Shown here piece after piece: positions 59,111 through 64,000 of a stretch of DNA of 64,000 nucleotides. Location: the NCBI RefSeq assembly GCF_009914755.1, contig NC_060947.1, one strand, 5' to 3'. Source of the DNA: the human T2T-CHM13v2.0 reference genome, Homo sapiens. The position numbers and the translations under genes were made by a program. The notes under the pieces were generated by a model. That model saw only the letters and a list, made by a program, of their open reading frames with translations, was not told the origin of the DNA and ran no database searches. The number at the start of each line of letters is the position of its first letter. The first letter of the stretch is position 1.

Positions 59111-60662
59111 AAGACAATGAGATTATATCTCACACCCATTAGAATAGCTATTATTAAAAAACAGAAATAACAAGTGTTGGAGAGGATGTGGAGAAATTGC
59201 AATCATTGTCTATTTCCAGTCAAAATGTAAAATGATATAATCACTGTAAAAATAGTATGGGGTCCCTCATACCCCTATACTATTTTTAAAAAGTTAAACT
59301 TAGAACACCATATTATCCAGCTATTCAATTGCTTAGTTGTATATCTAAAATTATTAACAACAGGAAGTGAAACAGATATTTGTGCACCAATGTTCACCAC
59401 AACAATATGTATATCTTACAGGTGATAACTACCCAAATGTCCATTGATGATGTAAATGGATAAACAACGTAGGACACATTTATATGGTATAATATTATTC
59501 AGTCTTAACAAAAATTCTGACATCTGCTGCAATATAGATGAAACTTGAAAATATATTAAGTAAAATAAGCCAGATGAAACAGTGCAATATTACATTATTT
59601 CGCTTGTATGAGGTACTTAGAATAGATATATTTATAATGAGAGAAACTATAACAGTGGTTGTCAAGGGCTAAATGGTGGGTAGAAAGAGGAGTTATTGTT
59701 TAGTAGGTATGCAGTTTCATTCAAAAACAAAAATGTCCTGGATACTAATAATAGTAATATTTGTACAATATTGTGAATGTATTTCGTGCCACTGAATTGT
59801 GCATTGAAAAATGTTTAAGATGATGAATTAAAAAAAATTCTGCCACAATAAAAAATACAAAAAAAACAGTAAAGGGTAAGTCTGAAAGAAAATGTGAAAA
59901 TATTATAAACTTAAAATACAACATGGCAAAATTCATCAGATGCTGTCAACATAGTGCTTAAAGAAAAACTTAAAGCATTTAATGTTTATATTAACAATGT
60001 GGGGTGCCTGAGAATTGGCCAGCTCAGCCTTCCAGTGCCTACACGCCTTATAAGGGGTCTTGGAAATTGACCTGCTCTGCACAACCCTGCTGGCATCTGT
60101 ATGCTCTTCCCAGTGGCTTGAGGATGGGCTCATCCAGACAGCCAGTGACACCACCTCCAGCACCCACCAACATGTGCCATCTAGGAGTCTGGGGACTTAC
60201 TCAGACAACCCACTGCTTCCACCATTGCTACATATGCCTGCTTCCTGGGGTTATGAGGCTTGGCTCCTAACCACTACTGCCATTGCTGATGCCACACATG
60301 TTTCCCAGGGGTTCTGGGACCCACAAACCTGCCCAGCCCACTGCTGCCACAACCAGAGCACAAGATAGCCCCCTGGAGGGTCAAAAACTAGTTTGCTCAG
60401 ATCTGCTACCATTGGTGCAAGTGTATACCACCTGTTGCCCCAAGGACCTGTATCCTCAGCCCTGCCTCCACCACAACTGAAGCCCAAAACTTGGCTCACC
60501 TGTCAGGTCTGTCCACAACAAAGCCTCACCATAGTCGCTAATAATACACGCAGCCTAAGCTACTGAAAAAATCGCAGACATCATTGTCACTAATTACAGC
60601 TCAACAAATTATATGCAGAATACACTACTGCAGTCAACCAGAATCAAACCCAAAGTATCTCA

Positions 60663-61013
<351 letters not shown>

Positions 61014-62012
61014 TTATCGGAAAAAACCCAACCAATAAAATTTAGAGAAGCAACTGTTACACCAGATATGCGAATATAAACGTAAGGGCACCAGAAAAAC
61101 TGAAAAGCAAGGAAACATGACATCTCTAAAGAAACATAAAAATTCTCCAGCAACAGATTCCATTAAAAAATTACAAAAACCCACAGAAATAGTTCAAAAT
61201 AATATTAAAGAATTTCAGCAAGACATAAAGCAACACAGATAAACTATACAAATGAATAAAGAAATAATCAAAATGAGACTTTTAACAAAGATATTACAAA
61301 TAAGAACCACACAGAAATTGTAGAACTAAACAAGTCAATGAATAAAATTAAAAATACAATTAAGAGCTTCAAGAATAAAATAGATTGAGCTGAGCAAAAA
61401 TAAAATTAAACTTGAAACAGGATTTTTGAATTAACTCAGGAAGGCAAAAAGAAAAAAAAAGAATAAAAAATAAATAAAGCCTATGAGACATCATGAAGTG
61501 ATCAAATACTTGAATTGTATAAAAGCTACCAAAGCATATGATACCCATTAAACTTCTCTTCAAAAATAAAGAAGAAATAAAGTTTTTCCCAGACAAATAA
61601 AAACTCAGGAAATTTATCACCACTAGACTGGCTCTACAAGAAATGTTTAAGAGAGTTGTACTTCTGGAAGCAAAACAATGTCTATCATCAGGAAAAAGCA
61701 CAAAACTAAGAAACTTTCAGGAAGAGAAGAGGTGCAAATTAGAAAGAGAAAGAACTCAAATATCACTACAGAAAGCCACAAAATTGCAACAATAATCAAA
61801 AAGAAAGGATCTGACAAGAATATAGAAAACAACCAGAAATTTAAAAAAATGACAGGAATATGTTCTCACCTATTAATAATAACCTTGGATGTAAATGGAT
61901 TAAATTGTCCACTTAAATGTTATAGACTGGCTGAATGGATAAAGAAAAGGGACTCAACTATAAACTATCATCTACAAGAAGCTTACTTCACCTATAGAAA
62001 CACACATAGACA

Positions 62013-62129
62013 GGCTAGGCACACTGGCTTATACTGTAATTCCAGTAGTTTTGTAGGCATAGATGGAAGGATCACTTGAGTCCAGGATTTCAAGACCAGC
62101 CTGGGCAAAATAGGGAGAGCCTCTCTTTA

Positions 62130-62161
<32 letters not shown>

Positions 62162-62360
62162 CCAAGCATGGTGTCACATGACTGTAATCCCAGCTATTCA
62201 GGAGGCTGAGGTGGGAGTATTGCTTGAGCCTGGGAGTTCAAGGCTGCCTTCAGCCATGATTGTGCTACTGCAATCCAGGCCAGGTGACAGAGCAAAATCT
62301 TGTCTCAAAAGAATATATATACACACACACATATATATATACATATATATATGTATGCAT
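62013..62360 (+). mobile_element. AluJ-like element with an A30 central linker and a (TA)/(CA) microsatellite tail
   Basis: 'gatcacttgagtccaggatttcaagaccagcctgggcaa' and 'ttgcttgagcctgggagttcaaggctgc'. Flanks acacatagaca / gcatatagaca. Confidence 0.9.
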
Positions 62361-64000
62361 ATAGACAGAAATGAATGTAATATAAAAGACCTCCACACAA
62401 ATGGAAAGCAAAATTGAGCAGGATTCTCTATACTTATACAAGATAAAATAACTTTAACTCAAAAACAATAAAAAAGACAAAGAGTGTCATTATATAATAA
62501 CAAATTCAGCATGAAGGTATAACTTAACAAATCTAAATATGCACCCAACAATGAAGCAGCCAGATATGTCAAGCAAATATTATTAGATCTAAAGGGAGAG
62601 ATTGAGTCCCACACAATGATAATTGGGGACTCCAGCACCGCACTTTCAGCATTACACAAATTATATAGGCAGTAAATCAACAAATAAACATTGGATTTAA
62701 ACTGTACTTTAGATTAAATGGATCTAACAGACCTTTATAGAACATTTTATCCAACAGTTGCAGAATGAACATTCTTCTTATCAGCAAAGGACAAATTCTC
62801 CAGGAAAGACCATATGTTAAGACACAAATTAAGACTTAAAAAAATTTTAAAAATCAAAATTATATCAAGCATCTAATCTGACTGCAATGGAATAAGACTA
62901 GAAATCAATAACATGAAGAACTTTGGAAACTGTACAAAAACAAGGAAATGAAACAACATGCTCCTGACCAGCCATTGATCAAAAAACTATTTAAATAGGA
63001 AATAATATATTTTTGAAACTAATGAAAATGGAAACACAATAATACCAAAACCTATAAAATTCAGCAAAATCAGTGCTAAGAGGGACATTTATAGAAAAAA
63101 ATAACCTTACATCAAAACAGGACAAAGATTTCAAATAAACAATCTATCATTTTACTTTAAGGAACTAGAAAATCAAGAACAATACATATAAAGTAGTAGA
63201 AGAAAAGAAGCAATAAAAATTAGAAAAGGACTAAACAAGATATAAATAAAAATGACAAATACTCAGCAAAAGGAAAAGTCATTTTTAAAAAACTGAGCAA
63301 TATTGATAAACTGTTTGCTAGACAACTCAAGAGAAAAAGAGAGAAAACCCAAATAAATAAAACCATAATCAAAAAGGACACATTGCAACTAATACTACAG
63401 AAATATGAAGGATCATCAGAGACTATAATGAATAACTATATGCTAACCATTTAGAAAACCTAGAAAAATGTATAAATTTCTGAATGCATACTACCTAACA
63501 AGATTGAATCAGAAAAAAATAGAAAAGTATAACAGATCAACAGTAAGTAATCAGACTGAATCTGTAAAACATATCTCCCAATAAAGAAAGGTATAGGACT
63601 AGATGGCTTTACAGCTAAATTTTACCAAACTTACAATGAAGAATGACACTAATTATTCTCAAATTATTCCCAAAAATGTTAAGAGAAAGGGATTATTTCT
63701 AGGTCATTCTATGCAGAGAACATTACCCTGATACCAAAAGCAGACGAGGACAAAATGACCAAACAAACAATAAAACACTGCAGGCAAATATTCCTGATGA
63801 ACATATACACTAACATTCTTACCAAAATACAATGGATTATAGTATAGAGAGGACGTACACATGGGATTTCAGAATGAGTCAACATATACAAATAAAAAAA
63901 TGTGATATATCACATCAACAGAATAAAGGACAAAAACAATATGAACATCTCAATAACTTCAGAAAAAGCATTTGATAAAATTCTACATCCCTTCATGATA

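Larger units (their letters stand above)
44100..59860 (+). mobile_element. Ancient L1M (L1MB-type 3' end) host element split by several younger insertions
   Basis: Decayed ORF1 (~44300-45900) and ORF2 (46300-49065, e.g. SGIRQGLPLSLPLFNMIV) continue collinearly at 56314-56630 and 58645-59860. L1MB-type tail 'gtgccactgaattgtgcattgaaaaatg'. The 5' boundary is uncertain. Confidence 0.78.

Overview
This is primate, very likely human, AT-rich intergenic DNA made almost entirely of interspersed repeats. By my hand estimate about half is LINE-1, mostly on the + strand. I find no intact protein-coding gene; the ORF track mostly reflects decayed L1/ERV frames and chance ORFs. Main contents: (i) a processed pseudogene of the autophagy protease ATG4A (~26055-27621) with a large internal deletion, a fold-back at its 5' junction and a passenger MER58 in its 3' UTR; (ii) an ~8.35 kb two-LTR class I (gamma-like) provirus on the - strand (35036-43387) with a 4-bp TSD, tRNA-Pro PBS, decayed gag-pro-pol and a mostly deleted env; (iii) a nested cluster in which an old L1MB-type host holds a full-length L1MA-type element and a MER11 solo LTR, which in turn holds a 5'-inverted L1PA with a possible short 3' transduction; (iv) a ~1.7 kb near-pure AT minisatellite bracketed by a perfect 53-bp inverted repeat (PATRR-like); plus several Alus, MaLR LTRs, a MIR and MER elements. 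I see no evidence of a previously undescribed biological system. The interesting signals are structural: palindromes and unusual retrotransposition or rearrangement junctions. Subfamily names come from recognising diagnostic motifs by eye and need RepeatMasker/Dfam confirmation.
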